A DNA stretch of 64,000 nt from Macrostomum lignano (Eukaryota). The position numbers were made by a program, and so were the translations under genes. The stretch is from NCBI GenBank assembly GCA_002269645.1, contig NIVC01000177.1:318134-382133 (forward strand). Direction: 5' to 3'. The notes beneath the pieces are model-generated. The model searched no databases, was not told the DNA's origin, and saw only the letters and a program-made list of their open reading frames with translations. The first letter of the stretch is position 1. Every line of letters begins with the position of its first letter. Positions 37,419 to 50,900 of this stretch are shown here, piece by piece.

Positions 37419-38065
37419 CATATTTGTGAATCACGCGTCAACCCATCAGCAAAATTTCGGTGCTCAAGCCCTAAATTAAAATGTGGCCTCGCAGCGCACG
37501 GAATGGAAATCCAGGTGCCTTCAGCGCGGAGCTGCTGCCTGTCACAGGACCCGGATGCTTAGCTCGTATATAATATAATAAAAATGGAAACCTGATTTCC
37601 AATTTTAAGACACTTTCCAATTAGAATAAATTGTTTCCGCGCTGTCAATGACTCAGTAGTATGTTTATACACCACCTCCTACACTTACACGTGAAGAAAA
37701 AAATGTAAACTGAAGTGAATCGGGGTGAGAAAGTTATTTTAGACATTATTTTCTGTACTGGCCAATCGTGTTTATCATGCATACTTGTGCCAACAAGTTG
37801 CACTGAGTAAAAATGATATGATTTAAATTTCTATGCCAACTGGGGTTTTGCAAGCGTCAGAATCACAGTGGCTAGCTATTTGGATTTGGTATCCTGGATC
37901 CAAACTTGGCTGCCAAATTGGGAACCAGCAACCAGGATGTCAGCTGATGGTATCAGTCTATCCTATGGAGTAAACAAGTGCAGTGATGTACATGTAAGAT
38001 CTGAAAGACAAGCCAGCTACATGTATAGTGGCGGGCGCCAGCTACAGCTGGGGCGCCAGTTACAA

Positions 38066-38466
38066 AGGGGAGTTGCTGAGATGTCAATTGACTCAATGGG
38101 GAGTTGCTGAGATGTCAATTGACTCAATGGGGAGTTGCTGAGATGTCAATTGACTCAATGGGGAGTTGCTGAGATATCAATTGACTCAATGGGGAGTTGC
38201 TGAGATGTCAATTGACTCAATGAGGAGTTGCTGAGATGTCAATTGACTCAATGGGGAGTTGCTGAGATATCAATTGACTCAATGGGGAGTTGCTGAGATG
38301 TCAATTGACTCAATGGGGAGTTGCTGAGATGTCAATTGACTCAATGAGGAGTTGCTGAGATGTCAATTGACTCAATGAGGAGTTGCTGAGATGTCAATTG
38401 ACTCAATCGGGAGTTGCTGAGATGTCAATTGACTCAATCGGGAGTTGCTGAGATGTCAATTGACTC
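38066..38466 (+). repeat. 31-bp satellite, left of the LINE insertion
   Basis: GGGAGTTGCTGAGATGTCAATTGACTCAATG units. Confidence 0.97.
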
Positions 38467-39636
38467 TTGACTTACTGACTTAGCTGCAGGGCTGTCCCAG
38501 AGGGGACACAGCGGGAAGGCGCGGGCGCCCATTCCGCTAATCCCTGAACGGCCGACGCGTCGCTATGGACGGAGGGTTGGCGCCGCCCAGGGAGGTCCCC
38601 CAGTGTCGCCAGCAGCTATAGTGCTCTCTGGAAAGGAGAGTTCAGCCCTGCGGGTGGCCCGAAGGTAGCGCATGAGCTAATTAAAGTTTTCGGGTTTGCA
38701 CGCTTCAGTAATAGATGTGTGTGGCCCGAGGTAAGTGAGTCTGGCCCGCGTGAAGGCGGGACAGATGCTGACGAAATGCTCAGCGGTTTCGTCACCTGAG
38801 TTGCAGAAACTACAGGTGGCGTTGGTGGCGTTGCCCTGCAGGTACTGGTGCCTGGAGAAGCAGCCGTGACCAGAGAGGGTCATGGTGGCAGCCCGGATGT
38901 CTCTGCGCGAGAGGCGCAAGAGGAGCTTCCGGAGCTGGTGAGAGGGCTGAGGGACAGCGCCTCTGGATTGCCTGCAGTTCGTGCGGTTCGCCCAAGTCGA
39001 GCGGTGCTGAGTCCTGATCCACGCTTTGATGCGCGAGTCGATGACACAGCCAGGAATCGGGACAAGAGGTTCGGGGCCGAGAGAGGAGCCGGAGGCACCA
39101 ACTTTTGCAAGGGTGTCAGCCAGCTCATTTCCTCGGATCCCCACATGCCCCGGAACCCACTTAAGGGTAATTTTATTGGCGGAACCCAACACGTTGAGAA
39201 GTTTGATACAGTCGAGGACTGTAGCAGAGTTGGTGCTGCAGCCACTGATGGCGTGCAAGGCAGCTTGGCTGTCCGAATGGAAAATGATGTTCTTGCCAAT
39301 AACGCCAGTGGCGAGAAGCTCTGCAGTGCAGGAGCTGATGGCCAGAACTTCATTTTGGAAAACACTGGAGTTGACCCCAGTGTATTGAGCGTGGGTAGCA
39401 ATGACCCTCCCGTTCAGAAAGACTCCAACACCAAAGCCGGTGTTGGCTGACTGCTTAGAACCGTCGGTGTAGCAATGAAGCTCACCAAGGTTCCATTGGT
39501 CATTGATGTTATCGCGCGAGTCGATAGCTACGGAGTAGCGCTGTCTCAGGTTGAGCGTTGAGGCAATGCCATCGGTGAAGACGCGATTGGCCTGACACTC
39601 GTTGAGAAAGTTGGGGCACAAGTCGCTATGCGGGAC
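38467..39636 (-). mobile_element. 5'-truncated non-LTR retrotransposon (RNase H-bearing; I/R1/Loa/Tad1 group), 1170 bp, with 12-bp TSD
   Basis: RNase H motifs YTDGSK, VFQNEVLAI, SDSQAAL, WVPGHVGIRGNELADTLAK; C-terminal CSFCNSGDETAEHFVSICP knuckle. In-frame TAG at 38677 precedes LMRYLRATRR. Short AAGTC-type tail; GTCAATTGACTC duplicated at 38455-38466 and 39637-39648. Confidence 0.92.
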
Positions 39637-40032
39637 GTCAATTGACTCAATGGGGAGTTGCTGAGATGTCAATTTACTCAATGGGAGTTGCTGAGATATC
39701 AATTGATTCAATGGGGAGTTGCTGAGATGTCAATTGACTCAATAGTGAGTTGGTGAGATGTCAATTGACTCAATGGGGAGTTGGTGAGATGTCAATTGAC
39801 TCAATGGGGAGTTGCTTGAGATTTCAATTGACTCAATGGGGAGTTGCTGAGATGTCAATTGACTCAATGGGGAGTTGCTGAGATGTCAATTGACTCAATG
39901 GGGAGTTGCTGAGATGTCAATTTACTCAATGGGGAGTTGCTGAGATGTCAATTTACTCAATGGGGAGTTGCTGAGATATCAATTGACTCAATTGGGAGTT
40001 GCTGAGATGTCAATTGACTCAATGGGGAGTTA
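39637..40032 (+). repeat. 31-bp satellite, right of the LINE insertion
   Basis: Same unit, continuing in register after the TSD. Confidence 0.97.
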
Positions 40033-40359
40033 GCTTTGGTCAAGCTTTGGTCTGACCGTAGCCTAAGCGGGGCTTATAGGTGAAAACTGGAAACCCGAAG
40101 TCCTTATTTTATCGTGTATATGAATGCACTGGTTTTGTGAAAAAAAACATTCACTCCAGGTCCTTGTTGAAGGTCTCCTTGGCGCAACGAACGAATGAGG
40201 TACCGATCCTACTACGCTCGTAGTAGCACCTAATCTCCTCTCGAGGGCCTCTCTTGGCAACGAGCCAAGTGCCTGAACGTACATTTGTTAGTCTTCTTTG
40301 TATACCAAAAATATAAAATAAACGGATTGATGACCATTCAGATTGTAAGACCCACTAAG

Positions 40360-40505
40360 ACAGACATTAGGACAGACACTCAGACAGACACTAAGATAGA
40401 CACTAATACAGACACTTAGACAGACACTAAGACAGACACTAAGACAGGCACTCAGACAGACACTAAGACAGAGACTAAGATAGACACTAAGGCAGACAGA
40501 CAGAC
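40360..40505 (+). repeat. GACA-derived CAGACACTAAGA repeat
   Basis: Degenerate units; the same motif interrupts the 44.8-kb (GACA)n tract. Confidence 0.8.
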
Positions 40506-41387
40506 GAACTTTTTTAACAGGATTAGTAATAAAGAAGAATAATTAAATTTTATAGCATCCCATATTGTCTAGATGGTGACTGTATCAGATGCGATCAGGA
40601 AGTCGCAGTAAACTCACAGCAGGATGTAGGGATGAGTCATTGAGGGATATCTTATATCCGTTGCTAATATTCTGCCCTCCCCCTGGCCATGGAGTGTAAT
40701 AAATTAAAACCTTGAGTCACTGACTTGAGAAACAAGAAATCGATGCTGCCAGGGTGCAAGAGAAATCTAGAAAAGCGAGTGGGATAAGGATGTGAGGATG
40801 AGGAAATATTAAGCTAGTACTGAACTCGCGTGGAAGCTGCGTGGGAGCTGAAACGGGAACTGCGTGGTCGTTTAGTTTTAGTTTCAGTCGCAGACCCAAG
40901 CTGGGAGACATGCAGGCAGGCAGACAGAAAGCACTTTTCCCCACACAGGGTTGGAATGGGGGATGAGGACAGGAGGATAGGGAGAGAAGAGAGAGGGAGA
41001 GAATTGGGGAGTCAGGGAAGATTTTGGGGATGCCCATGGGGAAGAGAGTGTCTGGGATTTATCGATCGAGGTCAAGCAGATCTCCTTTCCTCTTCTGTCC
41101 GTGGGCGGTTGGCAGGAGTAGAACGATTGTGGGGACGAACTAATAGCTACAATATAACTTACCTGTATGCTTAACTGAAGCCTGTATGTCCTCATGATCT
41201 CTAGCTCTCTTTAGGCATTAGTGGGGGCGCGATTGTATTTTTCCCGTTTGAATGAGTTATTAATTGAAAATGACTTTTTGATTGATTGAAAGTTCGTCAA
41301 AATTCACTTGTCAAATTTTAAAGAGCAGTTTTGTTAAAACTCAATCAATGCATTCAGAAAATTATTCGTTATTAGTGTCGCTTTTGC

Positions 41388-41812
41388 AAGCTCGAAACTT
41401 CACAGGCTTGAAACTTCACCAGCTTGAGACTTCACCAGCTTGAGACTTCACTAGCTTGAGACTTCACTAGCTTGAGACTTCACTAGCTTGAGACTTCACC
41501 AGCTTGAGACTTCATTAGCTTGAGACTTCACAGGCCTTGAGACCTCACAGGCTTGAGACCTCACAGGCTTGAGACCTCACAGGCTTGAGACCTCATAGGC
41601 TTGAGACCTCACAGGCTTGAGACTTCACCAGCTTGCCAGCTTGAGACCTCACAGGCTTGAGACCTCACAGGCTTGAGACCTCACAGGCTTGAGACCTCAC
41701 GTACAGGCTTGAGATCTCACAGGCTTGAGACTTCACCAGTTTAAGACCTCACAGGCTTAAGACTTCACCAGCTTGAGATTTCACCAGATTGAGACTTCAC
41801 CAGCTTGAGATT
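41388..41812 (+). repeat. 16-bp minisatellite
   Basis: AGCTTGAGACTTCACC / AGGCTTGAGACCTCAC units; related degenerate copy near 10660-10745. Confidence 0.93.
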
Positions 41813-42093
41813 AAAATAACAATAAGTACTGCTTTGTCCCATCACAAGCTATAGCTCTAAATGTTATAAATACTTGAGAAATTGTTTCAATGTCAAAAAG
41901 CACAGCTCGTATTTTGTAATCGAAGATTATTCTGATCTTGTGCAGTCGATTTGATATAAAGCCAGTACAGTAATGTACTGTTAAAATCGGTTGCGATAAA
42001 CGGAAATTTATGCCGATATGTGCAGTTGCTTTAAAACGCCAAATTTTACAGTACAGTACTACAGGCTACAATACTACAGGCTACAGTACTACA

Positions 42094-42646
42094 GGCGCCC
42101 CTGGTGCTGGCGCCCCTGGTGCTGGCGCCCCTGGTGCTGGCGCCCCTGGTGCTGGCGCCCCTGGTGCTGGCGCCCCTGGTGCTGGCGCCCCTGGTGCTGG
42201 CGCCCCTGGTGCTGGCGCCCCTGGTGCTGGCGCCCCTGGTGCTGGCGCCCCTGGTGCTGGCGCCCCTGGTGCTGGCGCCCCTGGTGCTGGCGCCCCTGGT
42301 GCTGGCGCCCCTGGTGCTGGCGCCCCTGGTGCTGGCGCCCCTGGTGGCACCTGGTGCTGGCGCCCCTGGTGCTGGCGCCCCTGGTGCTGGCGCCCCTGGT
42401 GCTGGCGCCCCTGGTGCTGGCGCCCCTGGTGCTGGCGCCCCTGGTGCTGGCGCCCCTGGTGCTGGCGCCCCTGGTGCTGGCGCCCCTGGTGCTGGCGCCC
42501 CTGGTGCTGGCGCCCCTGGTGCTGGCGCCCCTGGTGCTGGCGCCCCTGGTGCTGGCGCCCCTGGTGCTGGCGCCCCTGGTGCTGGCGCCCCTGGTGCTGG
42601 CGCCCCTGGTGGCACCTGGTGCTGGCGCCCCTGGTGCTGGCGCCCA
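42094..42646 (-). repeat. 15-bp minisatellite, reverse complement of the 33.0-kb array
   Basis: GCCCCTGGTGCTGGC units. Confidence 0.97.
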
Positions 42647-42887
42647 GTCAAATGAAAGGCGTCCCAGTCAAATGAAATGCTTTCCAAAGACGCTGGACCC
42701 TCGATCTTCCCAATGAAAAATCTATAAATGTACGTATCGTCGTGAAGATAAGTACATGTATTAAGCCAGTGCCCTGACCAAGAGGAATTAGTTCTAAAGA
42801 TTAACAATTGCATACGAGTTTATTATTGTATGTTTTGTGTACCGGTACAAATTTTAAGTAACATGTGCATAACTAGCTACTGAAATC

Positions 42888-43138
42888 TCAGCCGGACTTG
42901 CAAAGATGGAAGCATTTGTGCTGCTGTCTTTCAGACGCTGCTTCATCTGCTTCGATTGACTTCAAGAAGAATCCTTTCTTCTTGCTGGCCGCTGGATCCT
43001 CCGGACGCTGAGCGCTGCGCTGTCCGCTGGTGATGCTGACGAAGTCCCACTCGACTACGTCGCAGCAGATCCGGTGAAACAAGGCGGTCACGTTGTCGCC
43101 TGTGCGGGCTGAGGTCTCGAAGAATGCTGCACGGTTTG
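42888..43138 (-). CDS. RAB24: Rab-family GTPase (Rab24-like), exon 2
   Basis: ctattcag|CA AAC; G5 box FFETSARTGDNV; C-terminus HKCFHLCKSG*. Confidence 0.75.
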
Positions 43139-43404
43139 CTGAATAGTTTTGTAGTGTACGAGTGTGAGGCGAGAAAAGCGCTGGATTAGCTGCTGTACGA
43201 GCTGTATCCATGGATGTGCGTGTAGTGATCGAGGTGCAAAGTACATGTTGGACCTAATTAAACAAGCTCATATACAGTAGATGTTTGAGGAGTCGTGATG
43301 AAGCAGGTGCCACGGATTATTGTGAGGCTACATGCATGCATATTCAAATCTCAGGGATGTGTTGAGGAGCAATGATGCAGTTGCCAGTGGTAGTGGAATG
43401 AACT

Positions 43405-43580
43405 ACGTGTAGTGATGCAGGCCGGTGCGAAAGGATGTGGGGAAGAGCTAGTCTTGTGATGCAGGTGCGAAAGGATGTGGGGAAGAGCTAGTCTTGTGAT
43501 GCAGGTGCGAAAGGATGTGGGGAAGAGCTAGTCTTGTGATGCAGGTGCGAAAGGATGTGGGGAAGAGCTATTGATGCAGG
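43405..43580 (+). repeat. 40-bp tandem repeat in the Rab intron
   Basis: GATGCAGGTGCGAAAGGATGTGGGGAAGAGCTAGTCTTGT, 3-4 copies. Confidence 0.92.
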
Positions 43581-43702
43581 TGTTGAATGGATTTAGGGGC
43601 TTTAATCTTGTCAAAGATCAACATCTATGATGTGCAGCTGTGTTTATAAACTAGACAAAATATTTCATAAACGAAACATATGCTATTGTCATTGCCACTT
43701 AC

Positions 43703-44138
43703 TCTCGGCGAACTGTTTAGCCTTCATCAGCGACACCTGCCGCTCATCCTGCTGCAAATCAGACTTGCATCCGCACAGGTACAGCCGACAATCCGGCTCT
43801 TTTCTGGTCAGTTCATCAATCCAGTACTGCAGATCGTTAAATGTTCGATAATTCGTAATATCGTAGCACAGTACGGCAGCTCGGGCGTGCCTGTAGTACA
43901 TGGGAATCACTGAGCGGAACTCCTCGCTGCCCGCCGTATCCCACAGGTGCAATTTCACCGTCCTGCTGCCCACTAGCACGGATTTGGCGAAGAACGCGGA
44001 GGCCAAGGTTGCTCGAGTCGATACGGACGTGCAGTCGAATTCGTCGCTAGCGAAGCGGCTTAGCAAACAGCTTTTGCCAGCGCTTGAACTGCCGACAAGC
44101 ACGACTTTGATGGCGTCGTACGCTGAGGAGTCGTTCAT
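43703..44138 (-). CDS. RAB24: Rab-family GTPase (Rab24-like), exon 1
   Basis: G1 GSSSAGKS; G3 WDTAGSE (Ser in place of the catalytic Gln, as in Rab24); RLYLCGCKSDL (cf. Rab24 QIYLCGTKSDL); donor GAG A|gtaagt. Confidence 0.78.
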
Positions 44139-44764
44139 TATCTGCGCTAGCGCCTTGAATAAACCTCTATTTTACAATTGCGTTGGGCAGGGGGATGAGG
44201 CGATTGCCATGCATGCACTGACTATACGCGTATATAACACCGTGCCGTACCCTTTTTCTAGCACTTGTGGAAAGGTTCATTGATATACAAACAGTCTTTC
44301 TGGCATAAATACACGCAGTATACAGTTAGCTGTGTGAATAACCGGGGTCTTCATATAAACGCATACGCAGTATAGGCCAAGTTATCAACAGGTATCTATA
44401 TAAAGTAGCTATGTGCTTATTTTACTTCGAATTGCACGTCACAATCTTAGGAGCTACACACCTAATACGCAGTTAACATGGGCATAAATATCCATCGTAT
44501 GTAAAAGCGCCTTAATGCCTAATGTTTGGCATACGATATTTCTATTTTTGTTATATTTTGCGCAGGAATGAACTAGAAGTTATACAGAGGACCCAAAATA
44601 GACTGCCGTCAGAACATGTAAATGGAAGACTTAAACTTGCACACGGCGACACGCATGTACAATTCAGCAACAGGGATTTAATTCTTTTTAAATATATACT
44701 TGCTTTTAAAAGACACCTTATATACAGTAGTTAAATTTAAATATAGAGACGACTAATCACTAAA

Positions 44765-45700
<936 letters not shown>

Positions 45701-46795
45701 CACTTAAGACAGACTGACAGTTGACGGACGCTAACAGTATATTAGACAGACAGACTAACAGAAAACTATAGACGCTTTTCATATTTTTTCTCCATTGTCC
45801 AGCAGCTTTCACACGCATAGCGAAGATCGAGTTGCCATGACTTATATGTAACTCATCGGCAGAATTTTATTTTTATGTGCATTTTTTTGCTCTCCCCAGA
45901 TGTACATGAATTTTCCAGTTTTGCCAGCACACTTGCATAGAAGAAGGACGCAACACTCGAAATCTATGGAAAATCTTTTGAAGGCCAGCACTTTTCCAAA
46001 CAATGTCACCTTTTGAATGGATGCATGTGGAATGTCTTTTTTCGCTAGTGGGACCTTCGAATTACTCGAATATTCCCGTTAAAATAAAACAGCACTTGGC
46101 TTAACTTAATTTTTTGATGGGTTTCGACCTTTCGGCCCCCTTGTGGGGAAGCCTTCGGGCCGATCAGGTCTCAGAAATAAATCAATTAGAGTCCTGGCCC
46201 CCCACTCCTGTCAGATGGTCAGCCCCATGGTAGCTTGATCGTGTGGCGAGCAGTCTAGGTCCTATAGCTAAGAGAGGGACAGCGAGAGACAAGCAGGGAG
46301 AATTTTGAAGGTAGAAATTAGCTAATCCGCAGATTAGCTAACTCGCTGCCACCAGCCCGTACGTCCTGGCTCACCACACCGGGACTCTCGAAATCGGGCT
46401 TCCGACTAGAAGGGGCTTTGCACTTACCTGCCAACTACATGTAGTGTCATGTCTATCTACATGTCTATCTCGAAGTCATAGCCGATGATAAGGAACACTG
46501 CTGGGACTAGATCGCATTGGCCATGCAGGTACAGAGGGGACTTGTGCAGGGGATTCTTGCAGTGGCGAGACTATGGGGTAGCTACATGTACTATTACATT
46601 GCTAAATACGAAGAATTGTACTTTTGGCCTTCAACGCGCCAACTAGCCTCTCATAGCGCTGATGATAGACTAACTCGAACTTCAGAGACCGCATGACTCA
46701 TTACCTGAGCCGCTTGGCGAACCTAGAGTGCACAAAGTACATCTCTGGCGCCGATTCTGCACTTCTGGCAGTTTTGCTCACTGATTTGATAGATT

Positions 46796-47216
46796 TCCGA
46801 CGCTCTCGTCAGCTCGAAAGGCCGCACGGAGCAGCCCTGAGTGCGCCGAGTCCAGCTGCCGCTCCAACGTAGCCTCCAACGAGGCCCTGTACGATCGGGC
46901 CAAGCTGCAGCGCCCGTCCACCATCCTGCGCCGACGGCGACTCCAACTGGCGGGCCACGTGATCCGGGCCGAGGGCTACTGCCCCCAACCCGTTCAGGAC
47001 GTCCTGCTGCTCACCTTGCAGGGCCCGTTCAGGCGGGGTCAGGCCCGAACCTGTCGATACGTGGACTGCCTGCTATGCGACGCTGGGGCGCCCGACACTG
47101 CCAACGGAGCGGATTTCGTTCGCTCCCAGGCTCTGCGGCGCGCTATCTGACGCGCCCTGCTCTTACTGACTTTGCTTGCGGGGCCGCGTATTTTGTTGTT
47201 GTTGTTGTTGTTGTTG
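46796..47216 (+). mobile_element. RTE-clade LINE 3' fragment with (TTG)n tail
   Basis: SNEALYDRAKLQRPSTILRRRRLQLAGHVIR...RRGQART matches the RTE ORF C-terminus; stop at 47150, then (TTG)n. Possible TSD TTGATAGATT at 46786-46795 and 47217-47226. The 5' boundary is tentative. Confidence 0.8.
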
Positions 47217-47880
47217 TTGATAGATTGATCGACTGAGAACTGCCTTGCCATTGGTCCACTGTGACCGGCGCCTACTAGCTTAGCTACTCATCTGAGCCAT
47301 CGGCGAACAAAGAAATAAAACCGACAAAAATAACTGTCAGATTTAACCTTCTCCTTATCACTTCACACCTCAGATTGAATTGGAGTTTTAGACTACTAGC
47401 AGTATTATTAAATGATTTCTGCCTCAGTAACAGCACTACTGAACAAAATGAGCAAAAGTGTGCGCCTAATCCAGCTACTGAAACAGGGGACAGATAAGGG
47501 ATCACCCAACCAAGCAAGTCTAGATAGCCTCTCACCCAACCAATCAGAAACTCAACAGCCGGAGACCAGGTAATCCGCAGTGACCGAATCGGCTTAGTGC
47601 TTCGCAGCTGTAGACCCGGGATGATGCTGATGTCACGGTCTTCGCAGATAGCTAGCAGGTGATGCTCTTAACTTTGATGTTCGCTGCTGATGACCGGGTA
47701 GACTCGTCCTTGATGATGATGGGGGGAGGTCGCAATCCGGGGATCAAGAAACGACGGTCGCGCTCCGGGATGTCTCAAGCTAGGCTAAGTTCCCAGGAGG
47801 AGCCTGTCCGAGCGGGCCAAAAACACCGGTTTAAATAGCCGCCAACTGGACCACAGTTTGTTATAATGGAACACGTCGAA

Positions 47881-47962
47881 TCTGATTGGCTGAGCCGTTT
47901 TGTTAAAATGAGCGCCGAATTTTCTGATTGGCTAAGCTTGTTGCTACCCAGAATCACGTGAC
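47881..47962. promoter_or_regulatory. Candidate regulatory module: two TCTGATTGGCT (CCAAT) boxes and TCACGTGAC (E-box/CLEAR-like)
   Basis: Motifs at 47881, 47923 and 47954. No gene start nearby, so function is unproven. Confidence 0.3.
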
Positions 47963-50900
47963 CGGGAGATCCTATCAGTTCCCACAGGGTCGTAAAAAGA
48001 TGACAGGTGTGGCCATAAATCACTCAAAATCGCAACAAAATGGTTTATGACTTTTCGCGTAGGATTGACAAAAATTAATGAAAAAATATACATTAGAAAG
48101 CTCTTATTAAATAGAAAGTGAAGATAATGAAAAGAAACCGCTAATCACTAAATCCCAAAGTACTTTTAGGGGTAAAACGCATAGCTGTCAAAACTGTCAC
48201 ACGCTTGAGTGAACCCGAACAATAGGCTCTGACCTCATAAATCTTGATGGCCTGTCAAAATGATGAGAAAAAAGCTACCGCCCGCATCCTCTCAGACCAT
48301 CTGGCGCCCGCCTCAACACTGAGTGAGGCGCAGGTGGCTGTCAGACCAGCTTCGAAAGCGATGATTTATGACCCAAAAAGCTGCGCCTACGTTATTATGA
48401 CTACTAGTTCGACCAGACATAATACCTAGTATAGATTCTATGACTGTTCGCAGGAAAAGGATAAAAATTCCCATTGCCCACTGTTAGTAGGCTAGTAAGT
48501 TTAGAGCCCATGTGCTAGCGCAGGGTTTGGAAAAAAGTGCGTGGAGACCCTCATCATTTTTTACATGTAATTTCACTTTTCTTTAGTAGGCTACCCATAT
48601 TTTTTTAACAAGGTATGCCTTACAGTACATTTTCAAAAATTAGTTACATGTACGTGCCTATAAACTCCATTTCTAAATATGAAACAAATGTCTTTAGATT
48701 GGCTGTTGAGTGCTTTATGGCGCATTGGCGACTATTCAACAATCAGTATTTTAATTGATGAAAAATGTAAATATGCTATCTGCATAGTGTTATTAGCCTT
48801 CAAAACCTTTTCCCCATGAACCCTGCTGAGTGTCGCGTCCTGTTAATATCAGTACACATGAACATTGCTTTAGTTGCTGCCTTGGCTCCTCTGCAATCCG
48901 TATCAGTTCAAATCTCCATGTCGGACTTCCCATTGTCTTCTATACTTAATCCAAGGTAGATAATAGCTTCTCAGCTGTTTATCAGCAGTAAATATTCACC
49001 TAAATGTTCATCAGAGTAACCGGCACAGTTACCAACTGATAGAGCTATGAAGAGTACACAGAGAAAATGAAAGACTATACTGCATGGGTAAGTTTAGATA
49101 AAAGTCGCTGTTGGTAGAATAAGAGCAATGAGAGGACTACCCAATAAACGATATCTATTCGTGCTTGAAAGAATGTTAAGAATAAGCTGAACGTTTCTAT
49201 CGTATGCTTATCGATGTGCAGCTGTTTATAAACTGGACAAAAACAAACAATTCGTTTCTGCAACGAAGCGGACCCGTAAAAAATATCTGAACTTAGTTGG
49301 AGTAATCAACTAAGTTAATGCCTTACTTTAAGCTATCATAGTCAGTGTTAAAGCACACAGCAGTAAAAAAATGTTTATAAAAAATTGTTAAAAATACGTA
49401 GCATTCGCAGAAATTCAGCACAAAAATTTAAGCTCGTGTGGCAGTTGGGGCTGCCACTGACAATCTAATGAACGTTAATACTTTAATTTTGAAATTTAAT
49501 TTTTTCGTGACTTAATAAACCACCCTTGACCCATTCCCCGCTGTCCCCAGTTTTGGTCCTGTGTGCCCACCTTGTGCCCCAAGTGGCTGGTTTGTTTCGT
49601 CTTTTCCCCGTTCTTGCGTTGGTTTTTCCACTCCTTTCTCTGGTCTTTTGCTTCCCTCTGTTGGAAACCTTGTTTATCTCCCTGTTTTCCGCGTTATTTT
49701 TCTGTCCGTTCCTTACTTGGTCTACGTGACCACCCTTTGCCACCAGCGTACGTGTTTGACCCCTTTGGACCACTCGTTGCGTATTTTTTGTATATATATT
49801 GGTGCCCTCTGGAGCCGCCCAATTTTCTTGCATGCCTTCCTTTTCTTCTTTCCGTTTCCCTCCTACCTTTCAATTTAATTTCTTATATTTAAGTCCGCCA
49901 GTTTATTTGCACCCAGTCTATCTATTCAGTAGCTAGTGCACCGCGGCACCAGCCAATCATCCGCCGGAGTGGTCACGGTCAAGATTGATTATTTTAATAC
50001 GTTTGGTGAATCTTAGTTAATAACTTTTATTCTTTATTTACTAGGTAAATTAGTATACTCCGCTGAAGTCTTAATAAAACAATTAATACGACATTAATCT
50101 CTCTTTGATAACCTGAAGCCTAGTTTATATTGAGTCATTTGCCCGTGGGGCGTAAAATAACCCATCAGTCTCATCTCAAAGCAAGCTCTGAGGCTTCAAG
50201 GTTCCGTAATACGCAAATTACGGTGGTGGCAGCGCTACTCTACTGTTAGTAACAAGCTAAGTCAAGCATACGAGATACGTTAAATTCGGTGTCTGAGGAC
50301 CCGCTCTGAACGCTCGCGCCAACGAAGACCGCTCGCCTACGACTAAAACTACCCTCCCCCGGGGATTGAGGACCCCGGCAGTCGGAGTATCTACGAGACA
50401 TTTCAATTGCGATTCGTGCACACGAATTTTCCGGATTTAATCTGTGTGAATTAACGACGGCGCCGATTCAAAGGCCTGAGCCGCTCATACTCGATCCCAT
50501 TAAATACACAGAAAATATACTGGCCAAACAGGCTTCTTGCCTGAGCCAACTTACTACTACTACTACTCGACATTAAATCAAGCGACCACCGGACAATCCC
50601 ACCTACTCCCAAAACTTTCTGCGCCCCACCTCACTCGTCGAGTTCGTTAATTAATGTTTTACATATCTATAGACGTATACTTATAGTATTCCTATACTTA
50701 TACTATGCTAGCATTCTAGCAATGTAGGTGAAATCATCTAGTCTAGAAAATAAATCTTTCTCTAGCATTCTTACAATGCAATGAATGCATTTCAAGTTTA
50801 AAATTCTGCTTGACCTTCGTAAAAAAGCATGTTTTTCGAATATTTAATCCTTTTAACATTGCCATTGAGCTATTTCTTAACTCTGGTCTGATGCATGTAA

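Noticed and set aside
42010-42813. Elastin/silk-like (PGAGA)n ORFs
   Set aside because: A 15-bp perfect repeat open in all frames; the same array occurs inverted at 33 kb.
49483-49892. Lys/Arg-rich and Phe-rich overlapping ORFs; similar skewed tracts at 12.7-13.2, 35.1-35.5 and 56.4-56.9 kb
   Set aside because: Compositional strand skew without domains or splice support; could be unclassified TE fragments but cannot be supported.
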